Below are positions 35,750 through 43,518 of a stretch of 57,038 bases of DNA, one piece after another; position 1 is the stretch's first letter, and each line of letters begins with the position of its first letter. The DNA is taken from NCBI GenBank assembly GCA_002347185.1, contig DDXK01000102.1, positions 1-57,038 on the forward strand. The letters run 5' to 3'. The notes beneath the pieces were generated by a model that did not search any database, was not told the DNA's origin, and was given only the letters and a program-made list of their open reading frames with translations. Source of the DNA: Desulfobulbaceae bacterium UBA2262. Lineage in GTDB: Bacteria; Desulfobacterota; Desulfobulbia; Desulfobulbales; Desulfurivibrionaceae. The position numbers were made by a program, and so were the translations under genes.

Positions 35750-37294
35750 CTACAGGCCCTCCAGGATTTCGTAACGTCCGGCCAGGGCGGCGGCGGTCAA
35801 GGCCTGGGCCATCACCTCGGCCAGGGCGGCGGAATCCATCTCCGGCCAGGCTTCGATGAGCGAATCGCGCAGCCCTTCGAGGCTTTCGGCCTGCTCGACC
35901 AGGCGGCGGATCGCGTCCACCATCCCGGCGAGGGGCTGGGCGGCAAGGCCCTCCAGTTGCGCGAGCTGGGCGTCCTGCTCGTCCCCCTGCCCTGACGCCT
36001 GGGCGGTCATGGCGATCTGTCCGGGCGCGGCCTTCAGCGCCGCGGCCGTCTGCGGCATCCCCATCGTCAACACCTCCTCCCCTTCCTGCGCCTCCGGAAT
36101 CTTGAGCTTCTCCCGCACCCAGCGGGCGGGCACCTTCAGCCCGGCCCGCACCAGTTCGGGCAGGCTCTCGGCGTAGAGCTTGATATCATCCGGCTCCTCG
36201 GCGTCGAAGACCAGGGCCGGCAGCCGCGTGAGGCTGGTGTTGAGGCGCGCCAGCGGCTCCACCAGCTGCCGGGTCAGGGTCTGCGCGATCTGTCTGAGAT
36301 CGGCGCGACGGATCTCCAGGCGCTGCCGGTCATGGATCTCACCCAGGGCATAGGCCCCGCCGTCGTCGGCCTGGCTGCCCAGGGTGCCGCCGAGAATGGC
36401 CTTGCTCATCGACTTTTCCGCCCACCCCATCATGGCGACGAAGGGATCGGAAGCGCCCTTGGCCGCCTCCTGGAACTCGATGCGCATGCCCTCGGGGATG
36501 ATCCCGGCGGCGGCGTGGCCGATGCCGGCCACCGCCCGCATCAGGGTCGCCTTCTCCTCGGCGCTGCTGCCCGGCGGATAATGGCCCAGGCGCAGGGGCA
36601 GGCCGTATATTTCCAAAAACTCGGCCAGGTCACGGGCCGCGAAGTTGCGGAAAAGGAAGGGCCAGGCCAGCACCCGCACCAGGCCACCCCTGGCCACGTA
36701 ACCGCTTTTGGCGCGGTGGCGGTGCAGGATCCAGCCCCAGGGCCGCAGGGGCTCACCCTGGCCATCCAGACTGCGCAGCAGCAGGGTGTCGCGCTCGCCA
36801 TCGGCGGTGGTGAACCAGTCCGCCGGACGGTAGTGCAGCCCGGCCGGCAGCCACTGGCCGCCGGCAAAGTCCCAGTCTATTTCGATGGCCGCGTAGCCGG
36901 GCAGGATGGCGGCGGCCATGTCGAGGAGCAGGTCGTCGAAGGGCAGAGCCCGCAGCATGGCCTCAAGCCTGGCGGTCTCGTCAAGCTCCTTGGCCGTGGC
37001 CTCCACCGGCGGGCGCAGGTCCCAGTCCACCGCCAGCACGGCCAGCTTGCGCTTTTGCAGCTCCGCGAAGAGGTGGGCGTCCTTCTCTTCCATGTCCTCG
37101 GCCAGCCGGGCCTGGGCGATCAGATCGCCCCGCTCCGCCTCCTCGAAGATGGTGGCCAACGCGGCGGGGGTGAGACCCCGGCTTGGATGCTCGGCGAACT
37201 CGCGGTGCAGGTGGCCCAGGCGGGCGGTTTGCGGCTCGCCTTTCAGCTCGCCGGTCTTCACCGGGCGGCCGGCGTGGTCGAACAGGGTCACCAT
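35750..37294 (-). CDS. portal protein (Mu gp29, DUF935-like)
   Basis: 514 aa; ...GLTPAALATIFEEAERGDLIAQARLAEDMEEKDAHLFAELQKRKLAV... is typical of Mu-like portals. Confidence 0.85.
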   Translation of the reverse strand: MVTLFDHAGRPVKTGELKGEPQTARLGHLHREFAEHPSRGLTPAALATIFEEAERGDLIAQARLAEDMEEKDAHLFAELQKRKLAVLAVDWDLRPPVEATAKELDETARLEAMLRALPFDDLLLDMAAAILPGYAAIEIDWDFAGGQWLPAGLHYRPADWFTTADGERDTLLLRSLDGQGEPLRPWGWILHRHRAKSGYVARGGLVRVLAWPFLFRNFAARDLAEFLEIYGLPLRLGHYPPGSSAEEKATLMRAVAGIGHAAAGIIPEGMRIEFQEAAKGASDPFVAMMGWAEKSMSKAILGGTLGSQADDGGAYALGEIHDRQRLEIRRADLRQIAQTLTRQLVEPLARLNTSLTRLPALVFDAEEPDDIKLYAESLPELVRAGLKVPARWVREKLKIPEAQEGEEVLTMGMPQTAAALKAAPGQIAMTAQASGQGDEQDAQLAQLEGLAAQPLAGMVDAIRRLVEQAESLEGLRDSLIEAWPEMDSAALAEVMAQALTAAALAGRYEILEGL

Positions 37295-38631
37295 GCGCCC
37301 CTCCCTTGGTCGGTCTCGCGGCTGTTGTTACCCCTGGCCCTGCCCCAGGGGCTGCTCTTGCCCGGGGCCAGCTCGTATTCCATGGGCGCGTGCCCGCCGC
37401 CGGCGGCCCCTGCCGCCAGGGCCAGCGCCCAGAAGCGGTCCGCGTGGCTGCCCGCTTCCCGCTCCGCCGTGAGGCGGGGGGCGCCGGTGGCTCCCACCGT
37501 GCGTTTGACGCTGTGCAGGTCGTCGCGCAGCTCCCGACGGGGCGGGATGAGCAGGGCGCGGTCTTCCATTTTTTCCTTGAGGGCCGTGGCCAGGTCGAGC
37601 TTTCTGGCCTGGGTGAAGAGCACCCCTTCCATGCGATAATTGCCGTGCCGGCGGCGGGCCTCTTCCACCGGCATCTCGCCCAGGCCGGTCTGGTCCAGGG
37701 CGCAGCGGATCACCCGGTACTCCTTCATCACCCGGTCGATCTCGGCGAGCTGGGCCGCGAAGGTCGAGCGGGAAAGCTCGACCAGCTCGCGCAGCCAGAG
37801 CGCGCCGGCCACCTCCTCAAGCACCGCGATCACGGTGAGGTCGCCCCTGGCCGCGAAATCGACCCCCGCGAAACAGGGGCCGCCGGCGTAGCGCTCCGGC
37901 TCCCCGGCCCGCTCGTCCTCGCAGGCGGCGATCAGGTCGTAGCTGAGCCAGGAGGACGCTTCATCGACAAAGGCGCACTCGAACTCCTGGGCCCAGGCCT
38001 CGGCGTCATTCATCGCCGCCCGCAGCTCCTCGATATTGCGGGGCAGGCCGTCGGCCACCGCGTCGTAGATGGTCACGATATGGCGGCTGAAGGTCTTGCT
38101 CAGGTCGGGGCTGGTCATGATCTCGTGGAACTTGTCGCCCTTGCCGGCCGGGGTGGAGATCACCCGCAGCTTGAGGTCCTGGCGGCTCACCACCGGCAGC
38201 AGCGCGGTCCAGATGGCCCGGTTGTCTTTGTGGTGGGCGAACTCGTCCAGAATCAGGTTTTCGGTCATGCCGCGGGCCGTGGATGGGTTGGCCGCCACGC
38301 AGCGGATGCGGGAGCCGTGCGGCAGCCGCACCTCGTAGGCCAGCACGTCGGCGGCCAGAGGGATGGCGGCGGCCTCGAAGACCGCCCGCATGGCGTTCAG
38401 ATGCAGCTTGACCCCGTTTTCCATGGCGTCCTGGGCCCGGGCCTGACTCACGGACAGGATGGTCCAGCGCCGGGCCTTGCCCTCCGCCTCGGCGGCCAGG
38501 CAATCGAGCACCGCCTCCAGGGTGGTGGTGAAGGTCTTGCCGGTCTGCCGGCTCATCATCGCCGCCTTGAAGCGGCTCCGGTCCGCCAGCCAGCGGCGCT
38601 GGTAGGGGTAGAGGATGGGCTCAGACACCAT
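37288..38631 (-). CDS. terminase large subunit (Mu gp28-like)
   Basis: 447 aa; YPYQRRWLADRSRFK..MMSRQTGKTF (Walker A-like); position upstream of the portal gene. Confidence 0.85.
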   Translation of the reverse strand: MVSEPILYPYQRRWLADRSRFKAAMMSRQTGKTFTTTLEAVLDCLAAEAEGKARRWTILSVSQARAQDAMENGVKLHLNAMRAVFEAAAIPLAADVLAYEVRLPHGSRIRCVAANPSTARGMTENLILDEFAHHKDNRAIWTALLPVVSRQDLKLRVISTPAGKGDKFHEIMTSPDLSKTFSRHIVTIYDAVADGLPRNIEELRAAMNDAEAWAQEFECAFVDEASSWLSYDLIAACEDERAGEPERYAGGPCFAGVDFAARGDLTVIAVLEEVAGALWLRELVELSRSTFAAQLAEIDRVMKEYRVIRCALDQTGLGEMPVEEARRRHGNYRMEGVLFTQARKLDLATALKEKMEDRALLIPPRRELRDDLHSVKRTVGATGAPRLTAEREAGSHADRFWALALAAGAAGGGHAPMEYELAPGKSSPWGRARGNNSRETDQGRGAW

Positions 38632-39223
38632 AGCCCTCCCGCACGATCTCCTTCAGGCGCTCCGGAGTGAGCCGGGCCGCTTCGTCGTCGGCGCCGACCT
38701 CGCCCTGGGCGACCTGGGCCGAGAGCTTCTCAAGCATTTCCAGGGCCTGCCGCATCTCCTTGATGCCGGCCAGAGACACCGCGCCGGGTTGGGCGAGCAT
38801 GGCGTTGACCCTGCGCTCCACCGCCTCCCGCAGGGCGGCCACCGCGTCGGCGGCGGTCCTGATCGGCCGCTCGATGCTGCCCAGGGCGGGGGCGGGCGCG
38901 GTAGCCCTGGCCTCGCGGGCCTCCTCCTCGATGATCTTGCCGGAGCTGACCAGGCTGGAGAAGGCGTAAGCGGTCTGCGGGTCCATGGACTCGATGACCG
39001 CGTTGATCGCCTTGGCCTTGGCCAGCATCACCCCGCGCCGAATCGAGGTCTGGGCCTGGCGGTACTCCTTGCGGCGGCCCGACCAGTCCGAGTCCGCGCC
39101 CCAGCGTTTGAGCTGGGAAAGGGAGACGCCGGTGCGCTCCGCCGCCTGCTCGTAGGTGAGCCCATCTATGATGTAGAGCTCTTCCGCCTGCTCGCGGATC
39201 TCCCAGGAGTACGATTCCGGCAT
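38621..39223 (-). CDS. terminase small subunit-like protein (Mu gp27, DUF1804-like)
   Basis: 200 aa; N-terminal HTH (..AEELYIIDGLTYEQAAERTGVSLSQLKRWGADSDW..); position before TerL. Confidence 0.7.
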   Translation of the reverse strand: MPESYSWEIREQAEELYIIDGLTYEQAAERTGVSLSQLKRWGADSDWSGRRKEYRQAQTSIRRGVMLAKAKAINAVIESMDPQTAYAFSSLVSSGKIIEEEAREARATAPAPALGSIERPIRTAADAVAALREAVERRVNAMLAQPGAVSLAGIKEMRQALEMLEKLSAQVAQGEVGADDEAARLTPERLKEIVREGYGV

Positions 39224-39471
39224 CAGCCCAGGGCCTTCTTGAGCGCCTTGATTTCGGCAAGCAGGCCGAGATACTCTGCGTGCTTGCCGGCCAGCCCCAC
39301 GGCCTGCCCGGCGGCCAGCTCGGCCCGCAGGTCGGCGATGGGCTCGAAGGGGTCCAGGAGGTCGCGGATCGACAGCATGTCGCCCTCTATGCTCATTTCG
39401 AGCCGGCGAGCCGCCGCCAACGCCTCGGCCAGCCGGCCCCGGTGCTTCAGTCGTTCGCTGTCAAGCCCCAT
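39223..39471 (-). CDS. hypothetical protein
   Basis: 82 aa, helical, ATGA-coupled to the gp27-like gene. Confidence 0.45.
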   Translation of the reverse strand: MGLDSERLKHRGRLAEALAAARRLEMSIEGDMLSIRDLLDPFEPIADLRAELAAGQAVGLAGKHAEYLGLLAEIKALKKALG

Positions 39472-39899
39472 TTTTTCGCCCCTCCGTCCCGCACTATCGG
39501 GCAGTGCATGTTGTTTTCTATCTTCTCGGCCAGCCTGGTCTGGGTCTGGGTGTTGAGGTGGATGATGTTGGCCAGGTCTCCGGCCAGCCGCTCATACCCC
39601 TTGACCAGGAGGACGTTGTCCTCGTACATCCTCACCACCGCCTCGAAACGCTTTTCGGCCACGACCATGGAGGCGTCGAAGCGCTTGCCGGCGGCCAGGG
39701 CCGAGGCCGCGCTCTGCTCCTTGAGGGCGGCCATCTCGGCGGTGTGCCGCTGCTCGGCAGCTATCAGCGCCTCTTTGTGGTTGCGCTGCTCCTGGTCGAG
39801 GCGTCGCTGGTCCACATACCAGAAGATCAGCACCAGGCCGGGCAGCCCCAACATGGAGACGATGGGCGTTATCGTCGAGAGCGACAGGCCTTCCAGCAT
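39447..39899 (-). CDS. membrane-anchored coiled-coil protein (Mu gp25/DUF2730-like?)
   Basis: 150 aa from ATG 39899 (ATGA overlap with the TraR stop); N-terminal TM ITPIVSMLGLPGLVLIFWYV then coiled coil. Confidence 0.5.
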   Translation of the reverse strand: MLEGLSLSTITPIVSMLGLPGLVLIFWYVDQRRLDQEQRNHKEALIAAEQRHTAEMAALKEQSAASALAAGKRFDASMVVAEKRFEAVVRMYEDNVLLVKGYERLAGDLANIIHLNTQTQTRLAEKIENNMHCPIVRDGGAKKWGLTAND

Positions 39900-40144
39900 C
39901 ACGCCCCCGCCGCCCGTTCGGCCCCGGCCTGGCAATCGACGCAGAGCACGCAGCCCGGCACCGCCTCCCGACGGCGGGGCGGGATCTCGTCGCCGCATTC
40001 GGTGCAGATGCCGGTGGCCGGCCCCCGATTCGCCGCCATGGCGTGACGGTGGGCGGCGATGGCCGCCGCGTTGCTCCTGGCCTGCCAATCCTGGGCCAGG
40101 TCTCCTTCGTCCATCGGTTCCCGCTGTGTCACTGTTTGCCGCAA
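39899..40144 (-). CDS. TraR/DksA-family C4 zinc-finger protein
   Basis: 81 aa; CTECGDEIPPRRREAVPGCVLCVDC four-Cys motif. Confidence 0.8.
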   Translation of the reverse strand: MRQTVTQREPMDEGDLAQDWQARSNAAAIAAHRHAMAANRGPATGICTECGDEIPPRRREAVPGCVLCVDCQAGAERAAGA

Positions 40145-40359
40145 TCCTTCAAGCGCTCGGCCTGCCGGCGCTCCAGCCGGTAGCGCTCCTGGAGCCAGGC
40201 CGGCGTCACTTCGTAGTTGCCATTGTCAAGCGGGCGGATCATCCGGTCCGCCGGGATCACCATCACCTGTCGGCTCGCGCAGCCGCTCGAAAGCAACGCT
40301 GAGAGCATCAGCGTCGCCAGCGGCAAGAGCCTGGTCAAAAGCCTGGTTGTCCGCTTCAT
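40129..40359 (-). CDS. o-spanin-like outer-membrane lipoprotein
   Basis: 76 aa from ATG 40359; signal peptide plus lipobox LLSSGC; lies in a different frame overlapping the preceding 72-aa gene. Confidence 0.6.
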   Translation of the reverse strand: MKRTTRLLTRLLPLATLMLSALLSSGCASRQVMVIPADRMIRPLDNGNYEVTPAWLQERYRLERRQAERLKDCGKQ

Positions 40360-40444
40360 GGTCGTCCGTCTCCCGCATGGCCGCCAGGTATTCCCGGAGC
40401 AGCATGGCGGCGATGGCCAGCAGGGCGGCAAGGGCTTCCCACAT
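40226..40444 (-). CDS. i-spanin-like / small TM lysis protein
   Basis: 72 aa; N-terminal TM WEALAALLAIAAMLL and an acidic C-terminus. It is short for an i-spanin, so the call rests on position and the overlap with the lipoprotein gene. Confidence 0.35.
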   Translation of the reverse strand: MWEALAALLAIAAMLLREYLAAMRETDDHEADNQAFDQALAAGDADALSVAFERLREPTGDGDPGGPDDPPA

Positions 40445-40445
40445 C

Positions 40446-40628
40446 TCAGCTCCAGACGATCTCTTCCTTGGTGACCAGGCGCAGGGCCACGTTGACCGCC
40501 GCCAGGATCGAGGCCTGGGCCTCGGCGGAGACCGCGAAGCCGAAGTGCATCTGGCCGACCAGGGCCGCGATGGCCAGCAGGTTCACGTAGAAGGTTTTGG
40601 AGTGCCAGAATTTCTTGCCGTTGGTCAT
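40446..40628 (-). CDS. holin-like small membrane protein
   Basis: 60 aa, two hydrophobic segments, immediately downstream of the endolysin gene. Confidence 0.5.
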   Translation of the reverse strand: MTNGKKFWHSKTFYVNLLAIAALVGQMHFGFAVSAEAQASILAAVNVALRLVTKEEIVWS

Positions 40629-40631
40629 GGG

Positions 40632-41057
40632 TCATCCCTCCCGCATCATGGCCGCCAGGGCGCGGGCGCGCTGCCCCACCTGTTCGGCCCATTTTGAATT
40701 GAGCATCTCGTCGGCGGCCCGCTGGCAATCGCCGGCGGCGATGGCGGCGAGCAGCCTCTTGAACGAAAGAAACCTGGGCAGCCCCAGGTTGAAGCACATG
40801 TCGATGAGCGCCCGCCTGCGGGGCGCGGAAAGGGCGAGGAAGCCGGGCACCGCCCTGGTCAGGGCCAGCCTGGTCAAGAGGATGTCGTTGCGCAGCAGCA
40901 CCATGGCCTCGGCCTTGCTGATGCCGTTGTCGTCGAGATTGCGGCCGACGCCGATGGTGAGCTTGCCGGCGGTGCAGCGGTACGGCTTGAGCCTGAGCCC
41001 CTCATGTCGGATGAGCTGGTCCTCCAGGGCCGGGTCGTCAAGGGCGGGGTCGGTCAT
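40632..41057 (-). CDS. endolysin, T4-type lysozyme (GH24)
   Basis: 141 aa; LIRHEGLRLKPYRCTAGKLTIGVGRN catalytic-Glu motif; GGAGGTG RBS. Confidence 0.9.
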   Translation of the reverse strand: MTDPALDDPALEDQLIRHEGLRLKPYRCTAGKLTIGVGRNLDDNGISKAEAMVLLRNDILLTRLALTRAVPGFLALSAPRRRALIDMCFNLGLPRFLSFKRLLAAIAAGDCQRAADEMLNSKWAEQVGQRARALAAMMREG

Positions 41058-41086
41058 GCGCGGCTCACCTCCGGTCTTGGGGGTAC

Positions 41087-41115
41087 GGGCCGCCGAGAGA
41101 AACGCCCGGCGGCCC
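41087..41115 (-). other. 9-bp GC hairpin in the 227-bp gap upstream of the lysis cassette
   Basis: GGGCCGCCG - 11 nt - CGGCGGCCC; no U-tract on either strand, so it is not a classical terminator; function unknown. Confidence 0.3.
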
Positions 41116-41284
41116 GCTGGGGGAGAAAGAGGGCTCTTGTGGGGTTGAATCTACAGGGGTTTTGCGTGGCTGGGGGAGCTGTGGCGGTTCAGTGCGTTGA
41201 CTGCGGTGGGCTGATGCTGGGAGGGAGAAGCGCCGCCGGCCACCTTGCCGGTGTCGGCAGGATGGTCGGCGGCGCGGGGCGAGG

Positions 41285-41485
41285 CTACAGGCCGGAAACG
41301 GCCTGGTTGATGGTGTTTTCCACGGCGGTGAGGATCAGGCAGAGGCCGTTGGCGGCGTCGTTGCTCAGGCCGGACTGGCGGCCGTCGGCGGCCAGCTCGC
41401 CGGCCATGTCGGCCAGGAAGCGCACCACCGAGGCGGCGTTGCCCAGCAGGTCGGCCGGGTTGTCGTTGGGGTGGATGAAGTTCAT
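41285..41485 (-). CDS. hypothetical small protein
   Basis: 66 aa from ATG 41485 with a GGAGG RBS; MNFIHPNDNPADLLGNAASVVRFLADMAGEL... Confidence 0.5.
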   Translation of the reverse strand: MNFIHPNDNPADLLGNAASVVRFLADMAGELAADGRQSGLSNDAANGLCLILTAVENTINQAVSGL

Positions 41486-41487
41486 GG

Positions 41488-41895
41488 CTAGGCCTCCGCG
41501 CCAGGGAGGCGCTGCTGGTAGCAGGCGTGTTCGGGCACGATGCCGCGCACCAGCTGCATGCGCCCGCCTTCGGCCATGCGGCGCTCGCTCTTGCGGGACG
41601 GCGAGGCCTGGTAGAGCAGCTTGAAAAAAGAAGCCTTGCCGTAGGGCAGCGCCCCGCGCTCGCGGCACCAGGCGCGATAGTGGCTGTAGACCGTGTCCTT
41701 GCGGCAGATGGCAGATGCGGAGAGGCGGCAAGCCGAGGCGACAAAGGCCGCCACCTGGCGCACACCGCTGCTTGTGGCCGGGGCGCGGCCGGGGGCCGGC
41801 AGGGCCTGGGCGGCTTCCAGGCGGTCGAGCCGCTGCTCGAAGCGCTCCAGGACCCGGCCCACCGAATCCATGGTCTTGGCCAATCCCTCGGCCAT
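41488..41895 (-). CDS. hypothetical protein with P4-primase C-terminal-like motif
   Basis: 135 aa. The segment DTVYSHYRAWCRERGALPYGKASFFKLLYQ...GGRMQLVRGI resembles the Y..Y..WC...G......F...L.....R..G....Y.GI pattern at the C-terminus of D5/P4-type primases. Recognition by eye only. Confidence 0.35.
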   Translation of the reverse strand: MAEGLAKTMDSVGRVLERFEQRLDRLEAAQALPAPGRAPATSSGVRQVAAFVASACRLSASAICRKDTVYSHYRAWCRERGALPYGKASFFKLLYQASPSRKSERRMAEGGRMQLVRGIVPEHACYQQRLPGAEA

Positions 41896-41928
41896 CTGGA
41901 GCAGCAGGCGGGATTCGGGGGCGGCGAT

Positions 41929-42294
41929 CTACTCCGCCGCCGGGTGGGTGTAGGTGCCGGTGCGGCGGATGGCGGGGAGGACTTCGTGATTGACCCAGCG
42001 CTTGAACGCCTTGGCCTGCGGTTTGCGCGAAGTGTTGACCAGGGAGTATAGGCCAGACTCGTTGACGCCCCATACTTTCTGCACACCGCCAGGGGTGTTC
42101 AGTTGAATCGAACCCCTTTCGTCATCGTCCAGCCGACCCATCGCGTCCGAAATGTTACCTATCCCCAGGATGTCGCAGACATCCCTGGCCACCCACCAGG
42201 GCTCGCCATGCTCGTCCTTGATGATTCTGGCCGGCACGTCGCCGAAGAACAGATTGTGGTGCTCAACTACCTCGATCTCATGCTGCTTGTTCAT
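41929..42294 (-). CDS. BRO-N domain protein (antirepressor-like N-terminal DNA-binding domain only)
   Basis: 121 aa from ATG 42294; ...WWVARDVCDILGIGNISDAMGRLDDDE......GG.Q....VNESGLYSLV..SRKP.AK.F..WV..EVLP.IR.TG BRO-N signature. Confidence 0.8.
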   Translation of the reverse strand: MNKQHEIEVVEHHNLFFGDVPARIIKDEHGEPWWVARDVCDILGIGNISDAMGRLDDDERGSIQLNTPGGVQKVWGVNESGLYSLVNTSRKPQAKAFKRWVNHEVLPAIRRTGTYTHPAAE

Positions 42295-42450
42295 GGTACT
42301 CCTCCTGTTTTGGAATTTTCCCGCCCATGCGCTTCCAAACGCAAAAAGGGCGGAACCGTGCGGGTTGGAAGACCGGGGAGACAGGCAACCCGGCGAGCCC
42401 GAAGGCTCCCCGCACGGCCCGCCCAAAGGGGTTTGCCGTGCCGTGGACGC

Positions 42451-42533
42451 AAAAAAAACGCCGAACAAAAAGTGGCGGTGCGTCCGCCTGTCCCATTCTG
42501 GCTTCCAAACCCGGCCACGGATTTTGCCGTGGC
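42451..42533 (-). ncRNA. candidate small RNA or terminated leader upstream of the BRO-N operon
   Basis: Minus strand: TTGACA (42564..42569) - 18 nt - TACTCT (42540..42545). Then a 5' hairpin GCCACGG caaaat CCGTGGC (42514..42533), then GGCGG acgca CCGCC (42474..42488) followed by ACTTTTTGTTCGGCGTTTTTTTT. Confidence 0.3.
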
Positions 42534-42618
42534 ATGGGTAGAGTAGTCCGAATGGCGGACGTTTGTCAAATCTTTTTCGCCCCACTGGCCTGGACAAGGG
42601 CCATGGGGAGCGGTTATC

Positions 42619-43518
42619 ATGTCCGGCATGAGCAAGGCATCATTCAAAGTTTTTTATTGCGGGCCCGAGCTGGACAGCGGCCAGATGGACGTCAAGGAGC
42701 TGGCCCCGGCGCTGCTGGCCGCGGGGGCGGTGCTCGACGAGGCCAACCGCGTCCTGAACGGCAACCGCTCGTCCGTGAGCGTCAAAGTCAAGAAGTTCGA
42801 GGACGGCTCCTTCGGGGTATCCTTCGACGTCTGGCAATCACTCACCGCCCAGGCGGTATCCCTTTTCTCCGGCAACGAGGTGACGGCGGCGCTCAACATC
42901 ATCGCCGTTCTGGGCTTTGCCGGCGGCGGCGCGGCCGGGCTGGTCAAGCTGATCAAAATGTCCAAGGGCCGAAAGCCGCGCCGGGCAAAAACCCTGGACA
43001 ACGGCAACATCGAGCTCGACTTCGACGAGGGGCTGATCGAGGTGAGCAAGCAGGTTTGCGACCTTTATCTGGACATGAAGGTCCGGGTTGAGCTGCACAA
43101 CTTCTCTCTTCCCCTGGCCAGGCGAGGGGTGGACCGAATAGGCATCTATCATGGCCGCGAAATGGTCGAATCCATAACCAAGGACGAGGCGGCGTACTTC
43201 CTGCCGCCGGCGGCCGAGGACGACCTTCTTGACGAGCGGGAGATTACCGCCACCTATTTCATCCACTCCTTGAGCTTCAAGGACGACAACAAGTGGCGGT
43301 TCACCGACGGCGCGGTGACCTTTTTCGCGACAATCCAAGACCAGCTCTTCCTCGACAGAGTGAACCAAAACCTGGTTTCGTTCGCAAAGGGCGACATCAT
43401 GCGGGTGCGGATGCGGACCAAGACCTGGAACACCGCCGCCGGCCCCAGGAGCGAGTACGAGATCCTTGAGGTTCTCGAACACCGCAGCGCCGCTGTGCAA
43501 CTCCGCCTGCCTGTTTAG
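42619..43518 (+). CDS. orphan protein of unknown function, opposite strand to all neighbouring phage genes (moron candidate)
   Basis: 299 aa; very high GC3 (checked by hand), GGAG upstream; central hydrophobic stretch VTAALNIIAVLGFAGGGAAGLV; no family recognised; its stop overlaps the convergent mor stop by 4 nt. Confidence 0.75.
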   Translation: MSGMSKASFKVFYCGPELDSGQMDVKELAPALLAAGAVLDEANRVLNGNRSSVSVKVKKFEDGSFGVSFDVWQSLTAQAVSLFSGNEVTAALNIIAVLGFAGGGAAGLVKLIKMSKGRKPRRAKTLDNGNIELDFDEGLIEVSKQVCDLYLDMKVRVELHNFSLPLARRGVDRIGIYHGREMVESITKDEAAYFLPPAAEDDLLDEREITATYFIHSLSFKDDNKWRFTDGAVTFFATIQDQLFLDRVNQNLVSFAKGDIMRVRMRTKTWNTAAGPRSEYEILEVLEHRSAAVQLRLPV

